A DNA stretch of 63,420 bases, the filler included, from Craspedostauros australis (taxonomy: Eukaryota), in NCBI GenBank assembly GCA_030167865.1. It is 17 parts of 17 records of this genome, joined end to end, with 100 filler letters (N's around TTAATTAATTAA, not from the genome) between each part and the next. Parts side by side here need not be neighbours in the genome. Positions count along the whole stretch, not along the records: positions 13,459 to 15,639 come from JALAGF010002553.1; positions 15,740 to 18,027 come from JALAGF010002554.1; positions 18,128 to 20,816 come from JALAGF010002555.1; positions 20,917 to 24,324 come from JALAGF010002556.1; positions 24,425 to 28,295 come from JALAGF010002557.1; 12 more parts are not named here. One strand, 5' to 3'. The notes under the pieces are model-generated. The model made no database searches. It saw nothing but the letters and a program-made list of their open reading frames with translations, and was not told where the DNA came from. The position numbers were made by a program, and so were the translations under genes. Below, piece by piece: positions 13,459 through 25,707 of this stretch. Numbering within the stretch: position 1 is the first letter of the stretch; the number at the start of each line of letters is the position of its first letter.

Positions 13459-13608
13459 GCAAACAGCAACATCGGACAGCACCAATCATGAAATGAGTGA
13501 GCAGCAACACAGCCAGCAAACAGCAACATCGGACAGCACCAATCATGAAATGAGTGAGCAGCAACAGAGCCAGCAAACAGCAACATCGGACAGCACCAAT
13601 CATGAAAA
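13459..13608 (+). repeat. 57-bp tandem repeat (about 2.6 copies visible), in frame in an ORF ending at 13735
   Basis: Unit GCAAACAGCAACATCGGACAGCACCAATCATGAAATGAGTGAGCAGCAACA(C/G)AGCCA encodes 19 aa (QQTATSDSTNHEMSEQQHS). The contig starts inside the array. Confidence 0.85.
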
Positions 13609-14866
13609 GAAAGCGGAATCGCCACAAACAGTCCAACCCACAAGCCAACAGAAACAAATACGAGACAACCCCCACAAAGACAGAAACAAAAAAGCGGAAG
13701 AGATGAAACCAACGTCGCAAGACATAATGAAATAGCCAACCACCCCATGCAACACAACATCGCAACTGTGCTGCGCTGAAATCAATAGTAACATGTTCGT
13801 CATCGGGAGTACAAGCCCATCAAACTGAACTAGTGAAAGTGTGGTCAAAATCATGACCCCAGCATCAGCTGGGGAAAGTCCAATGACGTGTGTTGGTGCA
13901 GATGGCAACCCATAGTATGGTATCCCATGTCGTTGCTAATCAAAACTCAGTACATGGTGCCAGTTGTCGCAGCAACTAATCCGTGACAAGCGCAATGGGA
14001 TTCATTTGTAGTCCTGGGAAATATAGGAAAACAATAACAGGAAATGCTGACATTTTCCCTACATCCGGGAAAATGTCGTCTATTTCCCCTGCTCCCTGGT
14101 GCAATTGTAGTCGGAACAGCACATCATGTGACATCACATCACATCAACGTTGACAACCATCGTGGTTTGGTGTGATGCTGTCATGCCATACCCACCACAC
14201 ATCAGACATCGGACATCGGACATCGCATAACATCGCATACATCATCCGACATCTTGACTTCCTCACACCACAAGTATTCTCGCACGTTGCCGTTCTGACA
14301 CTGTATCAAAAAAGAGTCATCGTCCGTACCGACGTTGCTTTGATCCATTCCATCCAACTTTGCTTCATCCCCAGTTCAGAACCCATCACCGTTTTCGTGC
14401 CAATCTCAACTGTTTTACTGTGACTGGTTGAAACAACAGGCAACACATCAACGAAACCGGTCATCGAACGAAACCAAGGCAGGTATTTTACATGCTACGC
14501 TCGTGGCATCATCAATCACACCCACTGGTTACGAAACGGGTCACTCTCAGCCAATAGTACACTCTCTGACACACCCGATCACACGAGGCATCAGTACGAC
14601 TACTCGAAAGCAATCCCCATCACCGTTCGTGCCAATACGCCAGAACGCTCCTGTTGGCTGCGGATCTCTCCAAAATCGATTCATCGTTCTCACAATTTCA
14701 ACTCAAGAACAACAACAAACACATCAACAGCAACAACACAAGTCAACTCAACCCAACTCAACCAACTCTTCGAACAAGCCATCAATCAATCACATACAAC
14801 AGCTTCAAACCCAAACATCACAATAACCTATTCCACAAACAAACAAACAAACACATCTATCCAATC

Positions 14867-15639
14867 ATGAAGTACACCAACCTCACCGTCGCTCTCATCT
14901 CCTTCGTTGTTGTCGCCGACAACATGGCATCCACAACTGCATTCTTCTCATCCGTCCTCACGTCGTCACCGGCGCGGCGTTCGGGAAAGCAGAAGATCCT
15001 CCCAGACCTGGGCAATATCGTCGAAGCACAGCATGAAGCCGTGCTGCAGATTGCACTCGACATCGGCAAGTCCGGGGAATCGTCACGAATGGGAATCAAA
15101 GGACTCACACTGGAGCTGCATTCCGAAGCGATCCCCAGCGACCAACCCTCCGTCAAATTGCCAGGTACGTACGAATACAACAAGAAGGGAAGGGAGGCTA
15201 TAGAGAGTCAATCGTATTCGTCATCTGTCCGATCGATGTTGGCTGGCGAAAGCCGATCGAAAACGTGAGCGCATTTGCGTTCACCGCCATTTGCTGACAC
15301 GTGTATTCCAATCCTCCGCTCTGCTCATCTCTATGCTCTACAAACGCCACTGCGCGACCTCCCTCCCGTTCCTGCTGCAACAGGCATCAACGGTCCTCAC
15401 CCAGAGCTCTCCAGCGGATCCAGACGCCTCGAAATTCAAGAAGAAGGTGGATTCGTCTCCCTCGGCGGCGCGCAGAAGGTGGGAATGAAGGACCCGTGCT
15501 GGGAGATGGTCTGGAGAGATGGCGCACCAGCAGGCTCGCTGGTGTGCGGATTCGATATCTCCGATGACTACCACCGCAACGACGCCACGCTCCCCAAGGG
15601 CAAGACGTACATCAGCTTTCCGGTCTGGACGACGGAAGG
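14867..15639 (+). CDS. Plastid-targeted protein of unknown function; exons 14867-15164 and 15384->15639 (3' truncated)
   Basis: Signal peptide ending TTA-FF. A phase-1 GTACGT...CAG intron (15165-15383) joins KLP-G-INGPHPELSSG...CWEMVWRDGAPAGSLVCGF. Confidence 0.8.
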
Positions 15640-15739
15640 NNNNNNNNNNNNNNNNNNNNNNNNNNNNNNNNNNNNNNNNNNNNTTAATTAATTAANNNNN
15701 NNNNNNNNNNNNNNNNNNNNNNNNNNNNNNNNNNNNNNN

Positions 15740-16155
15740 TGGAGGTTGTTAAGGGAGGAGATCACCGAGTGATCCTCCGGTTTCCGTTCATCCTCATTGA
15801 TCATGAGTAATGGAACATCATTAATAACAACACCAGCAGCTCGCATCTGATTCGGGCACAATAACGGGTGCTCAAGACGAGGAAAGTAGATCGATTGTGG
15901 GAAGAAAAGGACAAATGTTTGGTATGTTACGGGATCATCATATGCTATCGCTGCCGTGACGATTGGCACGTTGTCGATGTTCCCGAGTGAGTCAAGAAAG
16001 GGGGTTGCAGTCACAGTCTGGTTTGTGGTGTGCACAATGTACGCAGTGTCGCCAAAGCAACATGTGTCAGCGTGTGAGTCAAGCTCCGCTCGCGGAGTGT
16101 CAGACGACAAGGAGAGATGTACAGACGTGATCTGTCGATTCCCTCCATGTTGCGA
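15740..16155 (-). CDS. pol: Start of copia pol (protease), in frame with gag behind a single TGA
   Basis: AELDSHADTCC protease motif and LLCPNQMR..G..IND.P. 16155-16110 = 45, so the frame is the same as gag. Confidence 0.88.
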
Positions 16156-17637
16156 TCAGGAACGGTTGTTTTGGTTGCGGCGAGACATCATGGAACCAAT
16201 CCCAGCGGTTTGGTTGGTACCAGCATTGTTGTTCTGGTTTGGTGGGGTTGGAGGCCCATAATGGCCGTCCGTATCCTCACGAGTGCGTTTTGCCGGACTG
16301 CCTCGGCCAACAGACATCACACCACGGCGTTTGTCACGTGCGCCGCGCAACTCCAGTGCGCGTCCCTTTTGGGCGGACGACATGACTGCCCACTCCTCAG
16401 GGAGATAGTGACGGTCAGTGATGACCATGTTGGGGTTGTACTGTTTGGTTCGCCCTTGGCCTCCACGTCCTGGTTTGTTGGCGCGATAATGGCCGCCTCG
16501 GCCGCCACTGTTGTTGTTACGTCCCATGGACGAGATCTGACGCGTGGGGGTCGTTGCCTGTTTGCGGCCGATCACTTCGCTGAGTGCATTCACGGTGGCG
16601 GGGAAGCTGGTACGGATGCTTTCGTTGAGCATGATGGCATCACACGCGGTGGTCAGATGTGGCACACGAATGCCATGCATCAGGTGCCGGACTTTGGCAT
16701 CCTCGACAAGCGGTTCACCACATGCAGCCATGTCTTCGAAGGCAGAGTTCAAGCGTTGGGTGTACGTTTCGAATGTAAAGTTGCGTGACTTGCCATCGTA
16801 GAAGGTGTTGTTGATGATGCCGGTCGCGGTTGCCTTGGTTCGGACTTGGTAGGAGTCACCACGGTAGTGTTCTTGGAGTGTCAGGTATGCAGTGCGTCCG
16901 TCTCGGGACCGCTCATTGCCTTGCACCCAGTTCCATGCTGGACCACCGTGAGTCACATGGCGGATGACCTGCCATACGGCTGCATTGTCGGCTTTGTGTT
17001 TGAGGCCTATATGGGTGGCTCGGTCGATGAGCTCCTCTTTGAGGGACGGGGTGCCGAACGGAGTGTTGACTGCTGGCGACCGGTCTTCCGGCTTGAGCGG
17101 ATTCTCACGGATGATGTATGATAGTGGAGCGTCACTTGCTCCAAGCGTGTTCTCGAGGTAATTCGCGATATCCTCAAGGGTCTCGCGGACGTTGTCCACG
17201 CGCGTGAGGGGATCGGGCAAGTCCATCGATGGGGCGTCTTTCGCGCGCACTTCCTCCTCAAAGAGGGACCAGAGCGCGTTGAGGCGCTCAATCGGTGCTT
17301 CGGCAGCAGAGAAAGGGCGTTGGATACGATCGAAGTGGAAGCGCACATAGCGGAGCTTTCGAAGCTTCAGCTCGTGCACCCATCCGATGGTGACTCCAGG
17401 ATCCTTGATTTGTGCCGGAGTGGTAGAACGATTGCCCGATGTCTGTGCTGGGTTGGCGACAAGGCCGCTTCCCTTACGGATACGATCACAGAGCTTCTCC
17501 AAGTCTTTGTCGGAGAACATCAGAAGGTCGTCGAAGGTGTTGAGCCCTTGTGCACTGAGTGCTTCACCGATGTCGGCCTTGGTGAAACCCATGACGTTGG
17601 TAAGGTAGTTGCGGATCTCATCGCTGTTGGTCAACAT
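16156..17637 (-). CDS. gag: CoDi-type copia Gag (493 aa)
   Basis: LGASDAPLSYIIRE, DNAAVW, DGRTAYL..HY.G, FYDGKSRNFTFETY motifs; directly followed by a protease frame. Confidence 0.85.
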   Translation of the reverse strand: MLTNSDEIRNYLTNVMGFTKADIGEALSAQGLNTFDDLLMFSDKDLEKLCDRIRKGSGLVANPAQTSGNRSTTPAQIKDPGVTIGWVHELKLRKLRYVRFHFDRIQRPFSAAEAPIERLNALWSLFEEEVRAKDAPSMDLPDPLTRVDNVRETLEDIANYLENTLGASDAPLSYIIRENPLKPEDRSPAVNTPFGTPSLKEELIDRATHIGLKHKADNAAVWQVIRHVTHGGPAWNWVQGNERSRDGRTAYLTLQEHYRGDSYQVRTKATATGIINNTFYDGKSRNFTFETYTQRLNSAFEDMAACGEPLVEDAKVRHLMHGIRVPHLTTACDAIMLNESIRTSFPATVNALSEVIGRKQATTPTRQISSMGRNNNSGGRGGHYRANKPGRGGQGRTKQYNPNMVITDRHYLPEEWAVMSSAQKGRALELRGARDKRRGVMSVGRGSPAKRTREDTDGHYGPPTPPNQNNNAGTNQTAGIGSMMSRRNQNNRS

Positions 17638-18827
17638 GTTGGCTGTCGTATGGTTGTTGAATGCAAAAAGGAGAGGAAAAGCGGCAAGTTGTTGGATTGT
17701 GACAGAAATCGTCGCTGGGACAGAGCGTGTTTCGTCGTGTGAGTCTTCGGAGTGTGTGTGTCGATGTTTTCGACCCACGTTGAGAAGCACGGATGTGGCA
17801 ACAAGGCACACAATCTTTCACTCATTAGGAGCGCGTGTCTCAGTAGGGGTTCCGCGTGGCCTGCGGTTGGTGCGTCCACCTGTCTTGCCATCCGCACCAC
17901 GCCAAAGCGAACGGTGGGAGTACATCCCTCTGGCACCGGCCAAATGCACCAGAACATCATTGTCAAAGGGGATGCAACACGATTCCAAGCTGTGCCGGCT
18001 CACGGCGGTCCACCCTCGGAGCGGGGTNNNNNNNNNNNNNNNNNNNNNNNNNNNNNNNNNNNNNNNNNNNNTTAATTAATTAANNNNNNNNNNNNNNNNN
18101 NNNNNNNNNNNNNNNNNNNNNNNNNNNCCAGTGCCATTTTGTGGGATCAGCCAAGAATGCCTTGATGAGGTCAGTGGCATCAGGCCCATTCTTGTAAAGA
18201 TGGGGATCGGATCCCACCATTGTGGAGTTTCTGCAATGTTGTGCTGTTGAGTTGTTGGTTCAATGTGTTGATGTGTTGATGTGTGGCTACATGGATGCGC
18301 CAATGTGCGAATTATGGGAATATTCCAATGACCCATATTCTTTGTGACCATGAGAATGTTCAAACTGTGTCATGGACGAATTTGCCCCAGTCTCAAATCA
18401 GTCACGATCCAGGGGAACAATACGCACCAAAATTTCAACAATGTTCCTTGTGTGTTGAANNNNNNNNNNNNNNNNNNNNNNNNTCCAGATCAATGGTGGA
18501 TCCGGAAGACTATCGCACAACCAAGTATAACATCAGAGTATAATTGTGACCCCAACACCGAAATATGAATAACATGGTGCATCATCACAAAGTAAGCTGA
18601 ATGAGGATGATCATGGCCAGTAACATGGGAGATGCTGCTGACTCTGCATCCTGCAATCAGACAGAAACACATCTCATCATCAGCTTGTACTATCTAAGAT
18701 TGAGTGATTCTCAACAACCCAGATAAGTTGGCAACTAACAACTACAATTTTACCGCCAAACGGAGCCCACGATCTGACCACTGCACACACCAGGCTAACA
18801 GTTCTGACATCTGGACCAAAGTAGCAC

Positions 18828-20816
18828 AAATGTGTTGATGCGTTGATTTGTGGATGCATGGATGTGCCAATGTGCAAATGTGTTGGTGAACCAATGTGCC
18901 GATGTGCCAATGTGTTGATGTGCCAATGTGTCGATGTGTTGATGTGCGAATGTGCTGATGTGTGGATGCTCCAATGTGTCGATGCTCCAATGTGTCGATG
19001 CTCCAATGTGTTGATGCTCCAATGTGTCGATGCTCCAATGTGTCAATGCTCCAATGTGTCGATGCTCCAATGTGTCGATGCTCCAATGTGTTGATGTGCC
19101 AATGTGCTGATGTGCCAATGTGTCAATGTGTTGATGTGCGAATGTGCTGATGTGTGGACGTGTGGATGCGTTGACTCGTGGATGCGCCAATGTGCGGTTG
19201 TATTGATGTGTGAATGTGCTGATGCGTGGATGTGTGGATGTGCCGATGTGCTGATGCGCCAATGTGTGGATGTGTTGATTTGCGAATGTGCTGATGCGTG
19301 GACGTGTGGATGCGTTGACACGTAGATGCGTTGACGCGTGGATGCGCCAATGTGCGGATGTGCTGATGCATGGATGTGTGGATGCGCCGATGTGCTGATG
19401 TGTTGATGCGAGGACTAGTGGATGCGCCAATGTTTGGATGTGTTGATGTGAGGACGAGTGAATGTGCCAGTGTGCGGATGTGTTGATGCGAGGATGCGCC
19501 AATGTTCAGATGTGTTGATGCAAGGACACGTGGACATGCCAATGTTCAGATGTGTTGATGCGAGGATGAGTGAATGCGCCAATGTTTGGATGTGTTGATA
19601 TGAGGATGTGTGGATGTGCCAATGTTTGGGTGTGCAGATGTGTTGATGTGTGGATGCTCCAATGTTTGGATGTGTTGATGCAAGGATGAGTGGACATGCC
19701 AATGTTTGGATGTGTTGATACAAGGACGAGTGGATGTGCCAATGTTTGAATGTGCAGATGTGTTGATGTGTGGATGTGTTGATGTGCCAATGTGTCAATG
19801 TGTTGATGTGCGAATGTGTTGATGTTCGGATGTGTTGATGTGAGGACGAGTGAATGCACCAACGTTTGGATGTGTTGACAAGAGGACATGTGGATGCACC
19901 AATGTTTGGATGTGTTGATGCAAGGACTAGTGGATGCGCCAATGTTTGGATGTGTTGATGTGAGGACGAGTGAATGTGCCAGTGTGCGGATGTGTTGATG
20001 CGAGGATGCGCCAATGTTCAGATGTGTTGATGCGAGGATGAGTGAATGCGCCAATGTTTGGATGTGTTGATGCGAGGACGAGTGGACATGTCAATGTTCA
20101 GATGTGTTGATGTGAGGATGTGTGGATGTGCCAATGTTTGGATGTGCAGATGTGTTGATGTGTGGATGCGCCAATGTTTGGATGTGTTGATGCGAGGATG
20201 AGTGGACACGCCAATGTTTGGATGTGTTGATGCAAGGACGAGTGGATGTGCCAATGTTCGAATGTGCAGATGTGTTGATGTGTGGATCCGCCAATGTTCG
20301 GATGTGTTGATGCGAGGATGAGTGAATGCGCCAATGTATGGATGTGTTGATGTGAGGACGAGTGGATGCACCAATGTTTGGATGTGTTGATGTGAGGACG
20401 AGTGAATGCGCCAATGTTGGGATGTGCAGATGTGTTGATGTGTGGATGCGCCAATGTTCGGATGTGTTGATGCAAGGATGAGTGCATGCGCCAGTGTGCA
20501 GATGTGTTGATGTGTGGATGTGCCAATGTTTGGGTGTGCAGATGTGTTGATGTGTGGATGCTCCAATGTTTGGATGTGTTGATGCAAGGATGAGTGGACG
20601 CGCCAATGTTTGGATGTGTTGATACAAGGACGAGTGAATGTGCCAATGTTTGAATGTGTTGATGTGTTGATGTGTGGATGTGCCAATGTTCAGATGTGTT
20701 GATGAGAGAACAAGTGGATACGCCAATGTTCAGATGTGTTGATGTGTGGATGTGCCAATGTTCGGATGTGTTGATGTGCCAATGCACCGATTCGTTGATG
20801 TGTGTGTGTGTGTGTG
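18828..20816. repeat. About 2-kb octamer-based satellite (GATGTGTT / GATGYGCC / AATGTTTG variants) with 16-bp and 40-bp higher-order units, ending in (TG)n
   Basis: 8-bp periodicity throughout. The 16-mer TGTGTCGATGCTCCAA repeats at about 18965-19090, and the 40-mer GATGTGTT-GATGCGAG-GATGAGTG-GATGCGCC-AATGTTTG from about 19500 on. Confidence 0.95.
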
Positions 20817-22007
20817 NNNNNNNNNNNNNNNNNNNNNNNNNNNNNNNNNNNNNNNNNNNNTTAATTAATTAANNNNNNNNNNNNNNNNNNNNNNNNNNNN
20901 NNNNNNNNNNNNNNNNTCATTGACGCATGATTGTTGCGATCATTGCAATACTTTCATGATACTGTCGAGTGGAAACAGCGGAAGGAGTGGAAGCAAAGGG
21001 TGAAGTATGTATTATAGATCTTACAGGACTGGCAGAAGAAGGAGCAGCATGTGGTGTGATATGCTCATGGATGAATAGATGGATGAATAGATGGATGGAT
21101 GGATGGAAAGAGGGATGAGCACTCACAGCGTGCCATACACTGATGACACGCGCAGGCCAGCAGACAAGCAGATCAGCGGCCCGCATCGCATTCCCTGTTG
21201 CGTCACGGTACTCAACGCAGCATCACCCATTTACCTGCCTCGTGAAGGCACACAACTCAAACAAAGCCCACCCATCGCCGCAAGCCACCATCATCCGCAT
21301 TCATCACCGCCGTCGATGCCAGTGAAAGATACGACGGTTCATCTCGACCGCCTTCCCGCAACACAAGAACCCCGCATGCTCTCCTTCGTGAGGTTCCTAA
21401 CTGCACTTGCGCATTGATTGCTGCTGTCAGCCACCACGATCTTTATCCTTGTGATGCAACGGGATGGTAACTGCTCAATCGAATTAGATTAATTGTGACC
21501 AAGAAACGCAGCTACGCTGGCGACTTTCACTTTTCGGAGCTTTCATTCACATTCACATTCACATTCACATCCATGCCTCATCTCGGTGCTTTCGAGGGAA
21601 TTTCACTTGGCAGCATCGATCTTGCAGATGCAGCGGCTATCCAGTAAGCATCGGCCATGTTGGTCTTGTCACTCGGAGTGGCGGTGGTGGTGGCAGGTCT
21701 CTCTCGCTTGGGACCTCCGTGTTGTGTTCTCTGGGTGGATGGATCTCGCATTATGCACGACTGTGGTTAGGCACATTTTGGCGCGCCTATGCAGTCCTCC
21801 AGATCACAACAAAACTTAACAAATCTAACTTTGCGAGCATGTGTGTCGATGCTCGCGCGGAATCCGTGTCACAAAAACAACAGTTGTATCACACAAAACC
21901 GTACCAACCACAATACACACGAGAGTACATACGCACAACTGATTTGTTGATCCACTGTCGATTTACTGTTTACTTCTGAGTTGCGTCATCTGGGGCTACT
22001 ACTCGTA

Positions 22008-22283
22008 CTACTTGTGCTTTGCTGCTGCCGATTGTGCTTGTGCTGCTCTCGATTGCGCTCTCCCAGCTTCCGCTCGTGTTGTTGTCGCTTGTGATCTGGC
22101 TGCTGCCGATTGTGCTCTTGCAGCTGCTGACTGTGCATGTGCTGATGCCGACTGTGCTCTCCCTGCTGAAGCTTGTGCTTTTGCTCCGTGTGATTTCGCT
22201 GCTGCCGATTGTGCTTGTCGTGTCGATGTTTGCGCTTTTGCTGCTGCCGACTGGGCTTTCGCTGCTGATGCAGTTGCTTTCAT
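22008..22283 (-). CDS. 91-aa basic, Ala-rich heptad-repeat (AQSAAAK/R) protein
   Basis: ATG in ACCATGA context. The 21-nt repeats vary mainly at third codon positions in this frame (gca caa tcg gca gca gcg aaa / gca cag tca gca gct gca aga). Confidence 0.6.
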   Translation of the reverse strand: MKATASAAKAQSAAAKAQTSTRQAQSAAAKSHGAKAQASAGRAQSASAHAQSAAARAQSAAARSQATTTRAEAGRAQSRAAQAQSAAAKHK

Positions 22284-23656
22284 GGTTCGACGTAGCTTCT
22301 GTTTCTGTTTCTGTGGATTGGCGGGTTGGATGCGTACCTGATGGCTGGATCTGTGGGTATTGCGTCCTGTCAATATTGTTGTCCTCCCAAGATCGCTGGC
22401 AGAGTTGCTGTTGTACTGCTGAGAGAGAGAGAGTCAGGAACGTCGCTATTGCCGGGCTGCAGATGTTGGTGGGGAAAGAAGAAAGGGGAGAACACCGCAA
22501 CGCAAAGGAGATCTGATCGTTTTTTCGATGGCGGGCGGGCCAAGTGGGTCAATCAGCCAAGCGGCGTAGAGGGCGTGGGTATCCGTACTCGTGATGAGTG
22601 AGAGGGACGATTGCTGACAACTTGTGACCTCGCTGGATGTTTGTTTCGGTGCTTGTCCGATTTGTGGGCAGAAGTGAACTTGTGGTTGAGAACGATGTTT
22701 TGCAAGCGCTCGCCCGGTTGGGTGTTGTTGGAAGGCTCCGCGCACGGAGAACGATGGAAGTAGCACTCTCTTTGGCTGAAAGCGTTTCTGTTAGTTGTTA
22801 TCGATTCTTGATGTTGTCTTGGTTGTCGTTGTTCTTGTCGTTATTCTCTCGTTGTTGTCCTCGTTGTTTTCTGTTGTTCCAGTGTCGGGTTTTGTCACAT
22901 CTGGTGGATTGTTTAAACTTATTTCATTCTCTGTAGACCTGGTAAGGAAGGTCTTGAGGTATCTTGCAGGTGGCGGATACTGTTGTATCTGTTGGTATCG
23001 TGGTATCGTCGTGGTATCCGCTCTCAATTTTGGTGCAGGTGTGACGTCAGCAGTTTGGGTCGTGATTGTTCCAACAAATGTTCCTGATGGCGTACAAGCG
23101 TGACTGATGCACATACATATCAGGAATCGGGTGTTATGAAACACCAAATTGCCGCACCTCCCAAGAGTAAGGAGTAGAATGTCATTAAGTGATGCATTAC
23201 CGCAACTCACATATGTGGATCTTTGTGACAGAAAATGTGAGCTGCACATGTCTTGCGGTGGAGAACGCCACGTGCCGAATGCAAACCAGACTTTGGTGTC
23301 CGTGACCTCAATGCAGGAATGCGAATCACATGTGCATGTCGCAGGGGGCAGGGATGTTGGAATTGTGACCAACATCATGATACACGTGACTACGGCCCCC
23401 ATGTCGCAACCAATGAAAAGAGAGTACTCGAGACAGGCAAGTGTCACAAAGTGTGAGATGGCCTGTGAACGGATCACCAATAATGAACCAGCAAAGGATC
23501 GGTGAAGTGTCAGTGATGTATCGGAGATGATCGGAGATGTGCGATGATGAGAAGCTGAGGGAGAGCAACCAACCAAGCTGTTCATGTGAAGGATGGGATG
23601 CTGCGATCCGATCAAATGGACCAAGCCAAGTGATGCCTGCGACTCAGCGATGTCTA

Positions 23657-24324
23657 TAATAGAGCTAAACTAGTAACTACCTCAGTGGGAGCCACTACGA
23701 ATCATCCAACTAGATGGCAGTCCAGTAGATCGAACCCACGTCCCATCAGCAACCACGTTTGGGGACAGATCCAGATCATTGAAGCAGATCTTTGGAACCC
23801 ATGTCAAGGAAATCAGAGGGTTCCGATGACCCAGGTCACCAGAACCCCTCCCCACCGAAAACTTGATGCCGATACATGACTGCTGGATTGACGGTACGGT
23901 TCCACGTGGGAGTACACGCGAGATGACCTTTGCCCAGCTTCCAACTCCATGAAGGAAACTCTCCCATGGTACTGGAGCTACGCAAACCCTACGGCCCTTT
24001 TCTGACAGCAACCCAACGAAAGGGCCTGTCAGGAATCGAGGGTACGACTCTGTCGGAAAGATACCCATGATTGCCGCAACTCCCAACATTATTTGTCACA
24101 CCTTTGGATATTATTNGTCACACCTTTGAATATTACACATTCCACCCACGACACGAATCACACGGGAATGACCTCAGTCTTACCAAGAAAACAAGCCTGT
24201 CCTCTGTGAACAAAGAAAAGGCCACGATATCTAGATCAAAGTGAAGGAAGATGATGACCGACACATTGATGATCACCCCATCTGGAGATCATGGCACGTG
24301 TCAGCCAGGGACTAGAACAACTCA
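23657..24324 (+). mobile_element. LTR-like sequence starting TAATAGAGCTAAACTAGTA, related to the LTR at 29513; runs to the contig end
   Basis: First 19 nt identical to 29513-29531. Shared blocks CCACGTTTGGGGACAGATCCAGA, TTGAAGCAGATCTTTGGAAC and AGGGTTCCGAT. Similarity starts abruptly at TA. Confidence 0.8.
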
Positions 24325-24424
24325 NNNNNNNNNNNNNNNNNNNNNNNNNNNNNNNNNNNNNNNNNNNNTTAATTAATTAANNNNNNNNNNNNNNNNNNNN
24401 NNNNNNNNNNNNNNNNNNNNNNNN

Positions 24425-25707
24425 GGCTGTGTGGTCGTGCTGACCACCTTGATGATGACCTTGAAACCAAACACGATCTGTTGAAAGCCTGCGTCATGCG
24501 AGGTCAACGACTCGAGACTCTCTTCAACGGTCATCTCGGTGGTTTGACTCCCTGTCACGGATGATGCGAGGGGACCAGCGTCCCCGTCCGAGTGCTTCAG
24601 GGATCCATGGATGCTTGATCTGTTTGTGTTGCGCGTGCCGAAGTCATACCCAACAGCAGCGCGGTTCGTTCCATCAGGATCGACCTTGCTCATGAGCTTG
24701 GCCAGCCCCGGGATGATGCGGTACGACAGCTTTCGGCGGGTCGCATCCAGCTTCTCGCAGATGGCGGTTGCGATACGCTCGCATTCTTTGATGTCGCTGG
24801 GCTCGTCCGAGTTGGCCAATTGGAGGAAGAACTCTGAGAATGCTTCCGTGACAGCAGATAGCGTGCCGCCAACATTGAATTGATCGTATTTGCCCTTGCA
24901 CAAGTAGCACGGCTTCGCGATAGATTGGGTAGCAGGCTTTGGCGTTGCTTGTTCTGTCGATGGTGTTGTTGCCGTTGTTGTCATTGTTGCCGATGCGGTT
25001 GCTGTCGGAGTTGGTTTCGATATTGACGTTGGTTGCGCTTCGTCATCATTTGTTTCATCCTCCTGTTCGGTGTCGGCGGCTTTCGGTTGCTTCGCTTTCG
25101 TTAGAAGGGGGCGGACGAATGCTTCCACCAATGCCGATTTGCCCGTACCAGAGTGGCCATGAACCAAAACGACTTGCATCTCCTTGCTGACTTCCGTGTC
25201 CGGTGATGATGTTACTGATTGCTTGCGACATAGCCGGCCATAGATCGATCTCAGCTTTTCCAACTCATCATCCCGACCAACGAATCCGGAATGAAGAAAG
25301 TCGAGCTTGTTCCAGGACGATGATGCATCATCGATGTCATCTTCGTCGATGCCGCCGCCGTTGCTGCTGCTGTTGTCTGGTCCCTTGTATTGGTTGGAAC
25401 TGTGGCTGAACATGTCATTGCCGCCGCGACTTGAATCCGTATTGTCCATGCTGTATATCTCGTGCTTGGACTCATCCTCGACTGACGATCGATCGTCGCC
25501 GATGGTGGTGGTGGTGGTGACGGTGGAGATGGTGGTTGAGTTACCGGAACGCACCGACGCGGTGGTGGCATCCTGACCCTGTCCGGACCGAAAGGAAAGC
25601 AAAGCTCTTCTCGGCAGCCGATTGTTTGATGCGGGATTGCTGACATCGCTTTTCGTGCCAGTCGCCACATTGGTGGAGGTGATATTGTCGGTGGTTATGG
25701 TCTCCAT
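24425..25707 (-). CDS. STAND/AAA_16-type ATPase (COG3899-like), N-terminal part, truncated by the contig end
   Basis: FVGRDDELEKL, Walker A VLVHGHSGTGKSALV and KGKYDQ..LSAVTEAF; paralogous to 52218-56339. Confidence 0.85.

Noticed and set aside
18680..20787. His-rich ORFs (STHQHI, HINTS repeats) and the Cys/Met-rich antisense ORFs
   Set aside because: They are by-products of an 8-bp satellite. The same peptide appears in all three frames because the unit length is not a multiple of 3.
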